Shown in pieces: positions 9,222 to 17,642 of a stretch of DNA of 32,000 bases; the stretch's first letter is position 1; each line of letters opens with the position of its first letter. Source of the stretch: Coprobacillaceae bacterium (lineage in GTDB: Bacteria; Bacillota_I; Bacilli_A; Erysipelotrichales; Coprobacillaceae). Under the pieces are notes generated by a model, which was not told the DNA's origin, did not search any database, and worked only from the letters and a program-made list of their open reading frames with translations. The position numbers were made by a program, and so were the translations under genes. Location of the stretch: assembly GCA_963675915.1 (NCBI GenBank), contig OY780959.1, forward strand, positions 1,050,001 through 1,082,000, in the 5' to 3' direction.

Positions 9222-9581
9222 CTAGATAATAAGCCGATTTTCCATGTTTTTAAATGCATATTTTTGATCGATTTCAAGGCCCTCGAGCAACCAGCGAAAC
9301 TGTCTTTCATCAATGACTCTGGTGTTTGAATTCTCATCTTCACGAACCTTGAACTTTCCGCTTTCAAGCCGTTTGAGAAACAGCCAAAACCCACCATTTT
9401 CGTAATAAAGAATCTTCATCCTGTTGCGAGCCCGGTTGACAAAAATGAACAAGCTGCCGTTCATCACATCCAAATCAAACTCCATGGCCACTATCAAAGA
9501 CAAACCATCGATTGACTTGCGCATGTCGACATGTCCAGTGGCAAGATAAATATGTTTGACATCATCAGTGTTGATAATCAT
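9222..9581 (-). CDS. tnpB: IS66-family TnpB (element B)
   Basis: 119 aa: IYLATGHVDMRKSIDGLSLIV...LFIFVNRARNRMKILYYENGGFWLFLKRLE. It shares an ATGA overlap with tnpA. Confidence 0.9.
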   Translation of the reverse strand: MIINTDDVKHIYLATGHVDMRKSIDGLSLIVAMEFDLDVMNGSLFIFVNRARNRMKILYYENGGFWLFLKRLESGKFKVREDENSNTRVIDERQFRWLLEGLEIDQKYAFKNMENRLII

Positions 9582-9871
9582 TTGATAGCCCCAATCACTT
9601 TACAAAGCAGAGACTCATCAAATGTCAGTTCCACATCGTTGACAGTGATTGTAATCTTCCTGGTGGGATTGTCAATCAATACCGGGGCGAAGAAACGGCC
9701 ATCAGACTTAACCGGTTGGCTGAGTTCATCAGTATCAATGATCTTACGCCATTTATAAAACGAATTCTTGTTGATCCCATTTTCCATGCACCAACGGCTA
9801 ATGGATTTCCCGGAAATCCGCCAATTTTTAACTAGACCATTCCAATAATCATAACGCTCTTGAGCATTCAT
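9578..9871 (-). CDS. tnpA: IS66-family TnpA (element B)
   Basis: 97 aa: WNGLVKNWRISGKSISRWCMENGINKNSFYKWRK is HTH-like. It is the first gene inside the IR. Confidence 0.8.
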   Translation of the reverse strand: MNAQERYDYWNGLVKNWRISGKSISRWCMENGINKNSFYKWRKIIDTDELSQPVKSDGRFFAPVLIDNPTRKITITVNDVELTFDESLLCKVIGAIK

Positions 9872-9892
9872 AAAAAGTACCTCCTGTTATAA

Positions 9893-10018
9893 CTTACAAC
9901 GAAATTATAACCCGAGGCACTAAATTTTAAAACGTGTCATCTATTTGACGCTTACCTTACAACGAAATTATAACCCGAGGCACTAAATTTTAAAACGTGT
10001 CATCTATTTGACGCTTAC
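9893..10018. repeat. Perfect tandem duplication (2 x 63 bp) of the tnpA-proximal terminus of IS66 element B
   Basis: 9893-9955 and 9956-10018 are identical (CTTACAACGAAATTATAACCCGAGGCACTAAATTTTAAAACGTGTCATCTATTTGACGCTTAC). Each copy ends with the terminal IR ...CTATTTGACGCTTAC. Confidence 0.95.
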
Positions 10019-10026
10019 GATGTGTG

Positions 10027-10312
10027 GAAACGCAATTTCAAATTTGTGGAGCAACTCTATGATTACGGCAGTGCCGTCCGCAAAATTATGTATACCACAA
10101 ACGCAATTGAGGCAATCAACTCAAGTTTTAGGAAGGTGACGAAAAAAGGCGCCTTCCCAAATGAAAACGCCTTGTTCAAACTCTTATATTTGCGCAGTGT
10201 TGAATTAGAGAATAAATGGAATGGCGGAGTTATTCGCGGTTGGTCTCAAGTGCTGAACCAACTGACTATAAACGACTCGTTTTCGTCACGGCTGCAAAAA
10301 TATTTGCGCTAA
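10027..10312 (+). pseudogene. IS256-family transposase, C-terminal part
   Basis: (W)KRNFKFVEQLYDYGSAVRKIMYTTNAIEAINSSFRKVTKKGAFPNENALFKLLYL. TNAIE..N...RK is the conserved IS256 C-terminal motif. Joining to 7520 gives a 412-aa protein. Confidence 0.85.
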
Positions 10313-10364
10313 CAGCTCTTTTAAAAATTACTTACACACTTTTCTTGACAAACCCCAAAAACGA

Positions 10365-10430
10365 ATAAAAATATCATTAGGGGCAATGAGCCCAGTTGAT
10401 TATCGACGTAGTTTAGGGTTTATAAAATAA
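10365..10430 (+). pseudogene. Outer IS3 transposase, fragment 4 of 4 (C-terminal 21 codons plus stop)
   Basis: IKISLGAMSPVDYRRSLGFIK*, which continues ...WYNQKR from 6466 in frame across the IS256 insertion. Confidence 0.75.
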
Positions 10431-10456
10431 GTCCAAGAAAACGTCCGCATCCCCGA

Positions 10457-10535
10457 GCGTTACAAGTTCAATATACCACTACAATTATACTACAGGGCTC
10501 AGTTGAATATAAGGTACCTTCTATTTGACGCTTAC
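10457..10535 (-). mobile_element. Solo terminal fragment of an IS66 element related to element B
   Basis: The reverse complement of 10512-10535 is GTAAGCGTCAAATAGAAGGTACCT, matching the 7521 end of element B (GTAAGCGTCAAATAGAAGGCACCT) at 23 of 24 positions. Weaker similarity continues for about 40 more bp (GAGCCC.GT.GTATAAT). No transposase genes are attached, and it abuts the outer IS3 right end. Confidence 0.7.
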
Positions 10536-12035
10536 TCTCGATTTAGTTATATTTCTAATTGTTTCCAAGAATAATTTCATACTTTTTCGGTCAATAATCA
10601 AATTAACAAAAAGCAAAACGGAAAACCATATTATAACGGATTTTACCGCTAATACCACCCAAGACAAATAAGAGACATTGTCAAGTCCAACAAATAAACA
10701 GGCTAATCCTCCTAATGTAAGGATTAGATTGTTTTTTATTATGTCTAAAAACAATGATTGTATATTTCTTCCAATAACTTCTTTGTATAGGTACATACCT
10801 TGCCATAACGTTTTATAAATACTTGATATTAAAGTACCAACTGCAACACCCACCAAACCAAAATACCTAACGGCAATTATTGATATGAAAAGATTCAATA
10901 TTGCAACTTTAATATAATTATCTCTTGACTCTTTGAAGTGTCCAATTGTATTAATAACGATGCTATATGGTGTACAATAAAACTGAAAAAAAGCCGAAAG
11001 TGTTATTGTAAATGCAAACAAAGGCACATCGTAATTGGCATCAGAAACTCCGAAAGTATACACTCTTATAAATGGTCCAATTAAACTCAGAGTGCAACCG
11101 TATACAAAAGTACCCACGGTATGCATTGTATTCTCATACATTCTAAAAGCGTTGGAAAAATTGTCGTCTTCACCCTTGGCCCAAAATTCACCTAATAAAG
11201 GTTGTATTGCGTTGCCAAAAGTAGACAATATTTGGTTTATACCATTTAAAACAAGATTGTATACTGAATATATAGAAACATTCTTAATATTTGAGATTAT
11301 CGTCAAAACAACAACATCTGTATTCCTAAAAACGTAATTGGCAAAATGTTGTGAAATACCGATCCATTTTTGCTTAATAGGCTCTGTGTCATATTTTATT
11401 CTCCAGGATATTCTATAATGCTTTTTTATATACAATGAATAAACGATTGGATTAATCAAGAAGCATACTGCTGTAGCTAGTTTGACCAAATGAATACTAA
11501 CGTCAATTTTAATTAATAAATAACACAACATTGTGTTTAGAAGTGTTGTAGCGGCAGTTGTTATAGAGACGATATAAATCTTTTGATCGGCACAAAGTAG
11601 CTGTGCCCGTACGATTCCAAATAAATATTGTACAATAGAGCCACTACTTAATATAATAATCAACATAACTATATATAGCCTATCAAAATAGTTTTCAACT
11701 ACTAATGGATAGAAAATACATAGAAAAATCGTATATACAACAAGCAAACCCCCGATAATTCTAAAGAATTTGGTTGCAGAGACTAATATTCTACTAATTT
11801 CTTCGTCATCATTATTTGACAGCGGCTTGTATAATGCTGACTGAACCACAACATTGAATCCCATATCAGTCAAGTATATAATCGATAGAAATTGTGTAAT
11901 TGACGAAATCAATCCATTGGTTTCTGAACCATATGTTTCAAGTATTAATTTTGGTAATATAAATGCACAAATTATTGTACACAAACGAGATCCATATTCT
12001 GTGATCAAATTCCAAATTAAGCGCTTTTTTCTCAT
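10521..12035 (-). CDS. wzx: Wzx-type oligosaccharide flippase (MOP superfamily polysaccharide biosynthesis protein); 3' end fused to an IS66 IR
   Basis: About 500 aa, hydrophobic throughout with many predicted TM segments, and terminal in a glycosyltransferase operon. The preferred start is the ATG at 12035, with AAGGAG 6 nt upstream; the track start at 12071 has no RBS. The last codons, V-S-V-K-stop, are encoded by the IS66 terminal repeat. Confidence 0.75.
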   Translation of the reverse strand: MRKKRLIWNLITEYGSRLCTIICAFILPKLILETYGSETNGLISSITQFLSIIYLTDMGFNVVVQSALYKPLSNNDDEEISRILVSATKFFRIIGGLLVVYTIFLCIFYPLVVENYFDRLYIVMLIIILSSGSIVQYLFGIVRAQLLCADQKIYIVSITTAATTLLNTMLCYLLIKIDVSIHLVKLATAVCFLINPIVYSLYIKKHYRISWRIKYDTEPIKQKWIGISQHFANYVFRNTDVVVLTIISNIKNVSIYSVYNLVLNGINQILSTFGNAIQPLLGEFWAKGEDDNFSNAFRMYENTMHTVGTFVYGCTLSLIGPFIRVYTFGVSDANYDVPLFAFTITLSAFFQFYCTPYSIVINTIGHFKESRDNYIKVAILNLFISIIAVRYFGLVGVAVGTLISSIYKTLWQGMYLYKEVIGRNIQSLFLDIIKNNLILTLGGLACLFVGLDNVSYLSWVVLAVKSVIIWFSVLLFVNLIIDRKSMKLFLETIRNITKSRVSVK

Positions 12036-12217
12036 TAAATACTCCTTAGATTCAATTATATTCTTGTTCATAACTTTTTACTAGTTGTCAATAATTCTAA
12101 ATCATCTTAAGTTTCTCAAACCTATAATTTATTCGTTACATTTAAGCATTTTGCCTAATTTTCCTATATGTGAATCAATAAAATTAATTCGAATCGCAAT
12201 TTTTATATTTAATACGA

Positions 12218-13363
12218 TTAGATTTTAATGCTCATTTTATTGCGAGTAATATCATATATGAAGTTACTATAACGCTTTCCGTAAGCATCCCATGTAATAT
12301 TATCTTTTGCATTTTCGATATAGTTATAACCGGGTGTTAATTCTTCATATAGTTCCAAACATCTTTTAATCCCTCTTAGAATTTCTGTTGAGTTTGTTTC
12401 AGGTATTACAACAACCCATTTCCTATCAAAAAGAAGGTCTCTTAGATCAGCGCCACCGGTGTCGTTTGTACAAACAATTGGCATTCCACAAGCCATTGCT
12501 TGTCCCTGAACAACTGCTAATCCCTCTTCTCTAGATACTAAAGCGAAAACTTTTGCCAAGTTATAATAATTAACTAATTCGCATTGATCCACAGGATCAA
12601 CATGAGTAAAATTATTTTTATCCGGAAATTCCAAATCTCCAACCGCACCTACGTGTAATAGGGTGATTTTTGTATCTGAAAGGGCCTCTATCAGGAGGTC
12701 ACACCCCTTTCTATAACACCAAGTTCCTACCATTATTACATCATATTTTTTAGCAACATCAGGTATATACCTGAACATTCGAATATCAACACCATATGGA
12801 TTAATAAATATCTTATCTTCAGGAAAATCGTATTTGAGGAAGCTTTCTTTAACATGTTGTGAAGGAATTGAAATATAGTCAGCAATATCATATCCGATAA
12901 ATTCTCTTTTAACGTCATTTTCCGGCACATAATCTATATTCCCATTTAAATTAATGTCCTCTAAAATTTTTTTCTGTTCTAAAATATGTTTTGAACCACG
13001 TTCGAGTATTATAATGCTTCCATTTCTTTTTGCCTTACGAATGGTATAAACATAATTACCACTTAAAGCAATTATAACATCACACTTTCTCATGAATATA
13101 CCTGTAATTAAATCCTGAGCCAATTTGCGCAACCGTCTAGCCCATTGACTGCGTTTAAATAATATTCTTTCCAAAATGACAAATGGAAATAGCTGAATCA
13201 AAAGACTACTGTTGCAGCCTCGAGGAAGTCCATATTTTTCAGCTCTTTTTGTAGTAATAAATGAATAAAATTTAACGTCGAAACCATTTGCATCTAACTC
13301 TCTCGCTAGATCAAGCAAGTGAAATCTACCCGCCGAGCAGACATTTATCTTTATTTTGTTCAT
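12218..13363 (-). CDS. Glycosyltransferase, GT4/GT-B fold (family 1 domain)
   Basis: 381 aa. The C-terminal motif SREEGLAVVQGQAMACGMPIVCTNDTGGADL is the E-x7-E type signature of retaining GT4 enzymes. GGAG lies 7 nt before the ATG. Confidence 0.8.
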   Translation of the reverse strand: MNKIKINVCSAGRFHLLDLARELDANGFDVKFYSFITTKRAEKYGLPRGCNSSLLIQLFPFVILERILFKRSQWARRLRKLAQDLITGIFMRKCDVIIALSGNYVYTIRKAKRNGSIIILERGSKHILEQKKILEDINLNGNIDYVPENDVKREFIGYDIADYISIPSQHVKESFLKYDFPEDKIFINPYGVDIRMFRYIPDVAKKYDVIMVGTWCYRKGCDLLIEALSDTKITLLHVGAVGDLEFPDKNNFTHVDPVDQCELVNYYNLAKVFALVSREEGLAVVQGQAMACGMPIVCTNDTGGADLRDLLFDRKWVVVIPETNSTEILRGIKRCLELYEELTPGYNYIENAKDNITWDAYGKRYSNFIYDITRNKMSIKI

Positions 13364-13412
13364 AACTGTTCTCCTATAATTTTATAAATTCTCAGATAAA
13401 TAGAAATACTAT

Positions 13413-14984
13413 TTATTCCCTCATGATTTTAATAGATGCTATTGTCTTAGCTATTAACACTACAATTACAAATAATATTGCATCCTCACAAAATCCACGA
13501 AGAATATACTGAATATCCTTAATAATCCCATCAGCATTTTGAAATCGCGCCAATGAAGCATAGGCTTGAAGTAACCCAAAAGATGAGTATATTCGCCCCA
13601 CACCATACGAACGGTATGAAAAAGTATTTAACATTCTCATTACAATATACCATACTAAAAATTGAAGAGGGAAATATATTAGCCCAAATGTAGCAAGTCC
13701 ATCTCCTAGATTGCTAGTGACTCGATAACCCCCAAAATTTGATAAATCACCAATTCCAGAATATACATACAATATATCACCACGTGAATAATCATAATCG
13801 GCTTTATTAAAACTTGGATCCAAAAACTGTACTATGGGCTGAGGATAAGTAGAAACGACTCTATCGGCAAAATCTTTCAACAATAAGCTCTTTTCTTGTT
13901 TAGAAATAAGTCTACTCAAATAAAGTACTTCATCTGTAATTCTAATATTAGAAAAACGATTCAACCATTGGCTTTCCAGATAATTTTCTGTCCAGCCAGA
14001 ACTATATGCGGTCACCTCTTCCGATGAACCATTATAATTATCCCAAACATCTCCAAAATTGTCATCCAATATAGTATCAACAGTGCTATCAATCAATTCT
14101 AAAAAACTAACATCACTTCGGATACTTCTGTTAAGAAGCATAGATTGGGAAACACTTGTAAAAAAAGTAATCGATACATAAAAAATTAAAATGTATTTTA
14201 CGATTATTGACGGGCTTAGCACTCTTTTTATATTGATATTGCAATATACTAGCGATAGAAAGTATAACAAAACAATAATTATGAAGGGTGTTATTAATTC
14301 ATTTCTACTATTTGTTGCCAAATTTAATATCGTAATAAAAACTAAGTAAATCCACACACTTTTATTTTTAAGACTAATTCCCTCATCACGATTATTTTTA
14401 TAAAGACAAGGGAAAAATAATATTACAGGCATGTACATGTAGTAATATAATACGTTTAGACCTTTGAGAATAATATCTACCGAATCAACAAATCCATTTG
14501 ATAAAGCATATATTTTTCCTAGACACCCCATTAGACCAATTATCCAAATAATTCTAGTTGACAATTGCTGATAAAAACCGAGAGACTTTAGGATTTTTTT
14601 TCCAGTTTTATTGCTCTTGGACATCTTGAAAGCAAACTTAAAAGCAATGCATGCAATCACAAACATTATTGTTTCAAGCACGAATGTCATACTTGCATTT
14701 TCCATTCCATAACTGACTGGTCTTAATATTACTAGAGTGGCAGGTACAGGTAAGTAGTGAAATAGAAAAATCGAACACAACATAAAAAAAGAAAACGGTG
14801 CATTGGTAACGTACGACTCCTCTAAAAACGCAGAGAATAAAATTGTACTAACCAACATCATAATACAGCCAAGTAAATTATCAGTTGATGGAAACAAAAT
14901 CATCTCAAAAATAATGGATACTACAGTTATTAAAATCAATGTGATACGACCGATTTTTAGTATTGAATTTTCTTTACTTTCCAA
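13413..14984 (-). CDS. Polytopic membrane protein, candidate Wzy-like repeat-unit polymerase
   Basis: 523 aa with many hydrophobic segments and one large hydrophilic loop at about aa 290-420. Its position between GT genes and wzx supports the call, but I see no recognisable catalytic motif, so this rests on context. The TTG start is uncertain: GGAAGGAG lies 13 nt upstream. Confidence 0.5.
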   Translation of the reverse strand: MESKENSILKIGRITLILITVVSIIFEMILFPSTDNLLGCIMMLVSTILFSAFLEESYVTNAPFSFFMLCSIFLFHYLPVPATLVILRPVSYGMENASMTFVLETIMFVIACIAFKFAFKMSKSNKTGKKILKSLGFYQQLSTRIIWIIGLMGCLGKIYALSNGFVDSVDIILKGLNVLYYYMYMPVILFFPCLYKNNRDEGISLKNKSVWIYLVFITILNLATNSRNELITPFIIIVLLYFLSLVYCNINIKRVLSPSIIVKYILIFYVSITFFTSVSQSMLLNRSIRSDVSFLELIDSTVDTILDDNFGDVWDNYNGSSEEVTAYSSGWTENYLESQWLNRFSNIRITDEVLYLSRLISKQEKSLLLKDFADRVVSTYPQPIVQFLDPSFNKADYDYSRGDILYVYSGIGDLSNFGGYRVTSNLGDGLATFGLIYFPLQFLVWYIVMRMLNTFSYRSYGVGRIYSSFGLLQAYASLARFQNADGIIKDIQYILRGFCEDAILFVIVVLIAKTIASIKIMRE

Positions 14985-15076
14985 CGTATATACTTAACTC
15001 CTTCCATTTATATCAAAATATGAATATTGCAATAATTAACGATTATATTTAGTATTACAAATAAATCTTTCTTCAC

Positions 15077-16153
15077 TTAATTTCCATTACAATTAACGAC
15101 ATCAATTAACTTATTTGTATTTCCTAATATATAATCCAAAATTCGTCTCATTGTTTCCAAATTTGAATATCCTGAATTCAAACAACGTTGTCTACCATTA
15201 TTTGCGATTATATTTCTCTCTTCATTATGCTCTAAATAATATTTACACTTGGTCAGTAATTCTTCATTTGAATCAAAATATTCAGCTTCTTCGCCTTCTT
15301 CAAATAACATCAAATGTTCCCTAGTTCGTTCTGCCAACATAAATCCGCCACAAGCTGGAATCTCCATAGTTCGAGAAGTCTGTTGATCGTAATTAATTTT
15401 TCTCAAAAAACACAAAGAGATTTTGAAACAACGGAATGATTTTGCATAGTCCTCATTATGAAGTCCCGAAGTTTCAATAATAAGATTTTCATTATCCCCT
15501 CTGCAAACATTCCATCCTTCATCCCCGAAAACACGCACTTTCACACCATTTCTTGTCAGATATAATATACTTTCCATTCGTTCTTTTTCCCACGAACCTA
15601 CAAATCCAACATCTGCATCCAATCGAGACATATCTACTTCAGAAATTTCTCTTGGATAATGAAAAGAATTTTCATAGCTCATACTTACAAATTGAATGTC
15701 TTTCGCACCTAATTTTCTCATATCCTCTAAAATATAGGATTTCATTGTAATATGATAATCATATAAAGGGATACATTCAAGATAATTTTGACTTTGATTA
15801 TGCCTAAGTGCCATATTATCTGGAGAATAACTCACTATTTTTGTATTCGGTTGTATTATTTTAACGCTCTTCAAAGTTTCAGGATTAATTGTAACTCCTT
15901 TGTCAATCCAAACAACATCAAATTCATTTTCCCGTAACTTTGCTAATAATTTTTTGTTAGATTTATCTACATCTGGCAAACGAATTGGTATTCCTAATAA
16001 AAATAAGTGATACGCCACCTTATACCAAAAGCCAATTCGAGTTTCTTGTGTGTTTATAACATCAACACTTTCAGCAATTTTTTCTAATGCTACGTTTCTT
16101 AATCTGCACGTATTACTTATTCCCGACATACGACCTACCGATAATATTCTCAT
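15077..16153 (-). CDS. CgeB-like glycosyltransferase (Glyco_trans_1_2 type C-terminal domain)
   Basis: 358 aa. RTMEIPACGGFMLAERTREHLMLFEEGEEAEYFDSNEELLTKCKYYLEHNEERNIIANNGRQR matches the CgeB / DUF3880-associated GT domain pattern. A strong RBS, GGGAGG, lies 8 nt before the ATG. Confidence 0.7.
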   Translation of the reverse strand: MRILSVGRMSGISNTCRLRNVALEKIAESVDVINTQETRIGFWYKVAYHLFLLGIPIRLPDVDKSNKKLLAKLRENEFDVVWIDKGVTINPETLKSVKIIQPNTKIVSYSPDNMALRHNQSQNYLECIPLYDYHITMKSYILEDMRKLGAKDIQFVSMSYENSFHYPREISEVDMSRLDADVGFVGSWEKERMESILYLTRNGVKVRVFGDEGWNVCRGDNENLIIETSGLHNEDYAKSFRCFKISLCFLRKINYDQQTSRTMEIPACGGFMLAERTREHLMLFEEGEEAEYFDSNEELLTKCKYYLEHNEERNIIANNGRQRCLNSGYSNLETMRRILDYILGNTNKLIDVVNCNGN

Positions 16154-16614
16154 TTTCTATACCTCCCTAAATATAAATAAAAATAATGTATTATATTAAT
16201 TAATGAACCCAGTATCTACAATTTTTGCAAATAACGATTATCAAAATTCACAAATAACTTAAACATGACCTAAAAAACGATTAAATCATCGAAGACGTAA
16301 ACATATCGAATTTTTAAGAAAAAATAACATTCAATCAGAAATAGATAATACTTAATTAGTCTTAGAAACTGATATTAATCCCATTTAATCAGCAAAGTTT
16401 TAAATTATCAACCGCTTTTTACTAACAAAATCTTAGCAATAAAAAGATTAAACTCCATTTAAATACAATGAAAATCGGATAATTATGAAAACGATTATTT
16501 ACAAATAATGAAAAAGTAAAAATTTGGTCTTTGATATTATATGAAAATATCCAATTTGAACCAGATTATAATTTTTGCTAACAATAATTATAACGTTTCT
16601 ATTCTATATGATTT

Positions 16615-17604
16615 TTAACAAAAACTTCGATATATCTCATAATACTCTTTAGTAATCTTATCAACAGAAAAATTCTTCACATTTTCATTTCCCAATTTTT
16701 TGTATTTAGGATAATTATTTATAGCATCCATAATCCCCATACGAATAGAGTCGATATCATATGGATTAACCAATGGACAGCTAATGCCAGCAATTTCTTT
16801 CATAGGAGAAATATTGCTAGATACAACAACTTTACCTGATGCCTGACCCTCAATAATAGGCATTCCAAAGCCTTCATATAGTGATGCAAAGACAATAATA
16901 TCGGAATTTCTATATTCTTCAATAATCTCATTTTTTGAAAGATCTTCCCTTTGGTAATATTGAATGTTCTGTTCATCTAGTATTATTCTTTGGTCTTCTT
17001 TTAGGGGACCAACAATTCGTAACTTGCATTGAATCCCATGCAGTGCTACAGCAACTCTCTCTAAATTTTTGTTTTCTCTAGTACCTATTTGTAATACAGT
17101 AGGATTTTCCTTAAAAAATATAGTTTTTTCATCAGGTGCAAAATCACTATCTACGGGATTCATTACTACATATGTTTGGTCCTCTTTAAAACTAACTAAC
17201 TCTTCCGCTTCTTTTTTACTCTTTAGAGAAATAAAGGTAACTTTTCTTGAACTTTTCAACGAGGCAACCCATAAGAAGTATTTTTTCAAATACAATATAA
17301 GAGATTTCTTTTTGTTGGTATAAAAACCTAAATCGTGAACCGTAACCACTGTCTTAAAAGGACGTAGAAATGGTAACAAATAGTGCTCTGTTCCAGTAAT
17401 ATGAACGATAGTTTCCGGATTTTTTATCATATATTTTCGAATAAGAAGAATATTGTATACCAAGTTTCTCAATGAATATCTTTCATTTTCAAACATAATC
17501 GAATCAACATCGCAAAATTCTTTCATTTTTGATTCAATTGGTCGAAAAACAGCATCTATTGAATAGCCCATTTTAATATTTCTGTAGATATATAATACTT
17601 TCAT
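16615..17604 (-). CDS. Glycosyltransferase, GT4/GT-B fold
   Basis: 329 aa. The SLYEGFGMPIIEGQASGKVVVSSNISPMKEIAG motif is present. GGGGGA lies 6 nt before the ATG. Confidence 0.8.
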   Translation of the reverse strand: MKVLYIYRNIKMGYSIDAVFRPIESKMKEFCDVDSIMFENERYSLRNLVYNILLIRKYMIKNPETIVHITGTEHYLLPFLRPFKTVVTVHDLGFYTNKKKSLILYLKKYFLWVASLKSSRKVTFISLKSKKEAEELVSFKEDQTYVVMNPVDSDFAPDEKTIFFKENPTVLQIGTRENKNLERVAVALHGIQCKLRIVGPLKEDQRIILDEQNIQYYQREDLSKNEIIEEYRNSDIIVFASLYEGFGMPIIEGQASGKVVVSSNISPMKEIAGISCPLVNPYDIDSIRMGIMDAINNYPKYKKLGNENVKNFSVDKITKEYYEIYRSFC

Positions 17605-17642
17605 AATTTATCCCCCGTTTTAGTTCTATGTCAATATTTAGG

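Larger units (their letters stand above)
7521..10018 (-). mobile_element. IS66-family element B (2498 bp), distinct from element A
   Basis: Ends are GTAAGCGTCAAATAGA at 7521 and its reverse complement ending at 10018. An 8-bp target duplication GATGTGTG is present at 7513-7520 and 10019-10026. tnpA-tnpB-tnpC are on the minus strand. The right terminus is tandemly duplicated (see the repeat feature). Confidence 0.9.
6467..10355 (+). mobile_element. IS256-family element (about 1.38 kb without its nested IS66)
   Basis: Flanked by a 9-bp direct repeat CAAAAACGA (6458-6466 and 10356-10364). The terminal repeats are imperfect: GAGTGTAATATTAACCGTGTAAGT at 6467 versus the reverse complement of the right end, GGGTTTGTCAAGAAAAGTGTGTAAGT. 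It contains a mutator-type transposase gene. Confidence 0.75.
959..10456 (+). mobile_element. Outer IS3-family element (about 1.6 kb after removing nested inserts) carrying three primary insertions
   Basis: Imperfect terminal repeats: tgGGGGAATGCGGAC at 959-975 and GTCCGCATCCCC at 10443-10454. The four transposase fragments listed below join into one 521-codon frame once the nested elements and one copy of each target duplication are removed. The ends are approximate. Confidence 0.65.

Noticed and set aside
9893-10018. Direct repeats that could be the start of a CRISPR array or an att site
   Set aside because: There are only two units, directly abutting with no spacer, and they are identical to the IS66-B terminus. 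This is a tandem duplication of an IS end.
11035-12084. ORFs antisense to wzx (11035..11337, 11854..12084), plus similar antisense ORFs in the GT and Wzy genes (12736..12930, 14803..14997, 15115..15324, 15553..15750, 17069..17323, 19580..19768, 22738..22938, 23136..23348, 23902..24171)
   Set aside because: These are AT-rich shadow frames inside longer, motif-supported genes on the opposite strand. None has an RBS.
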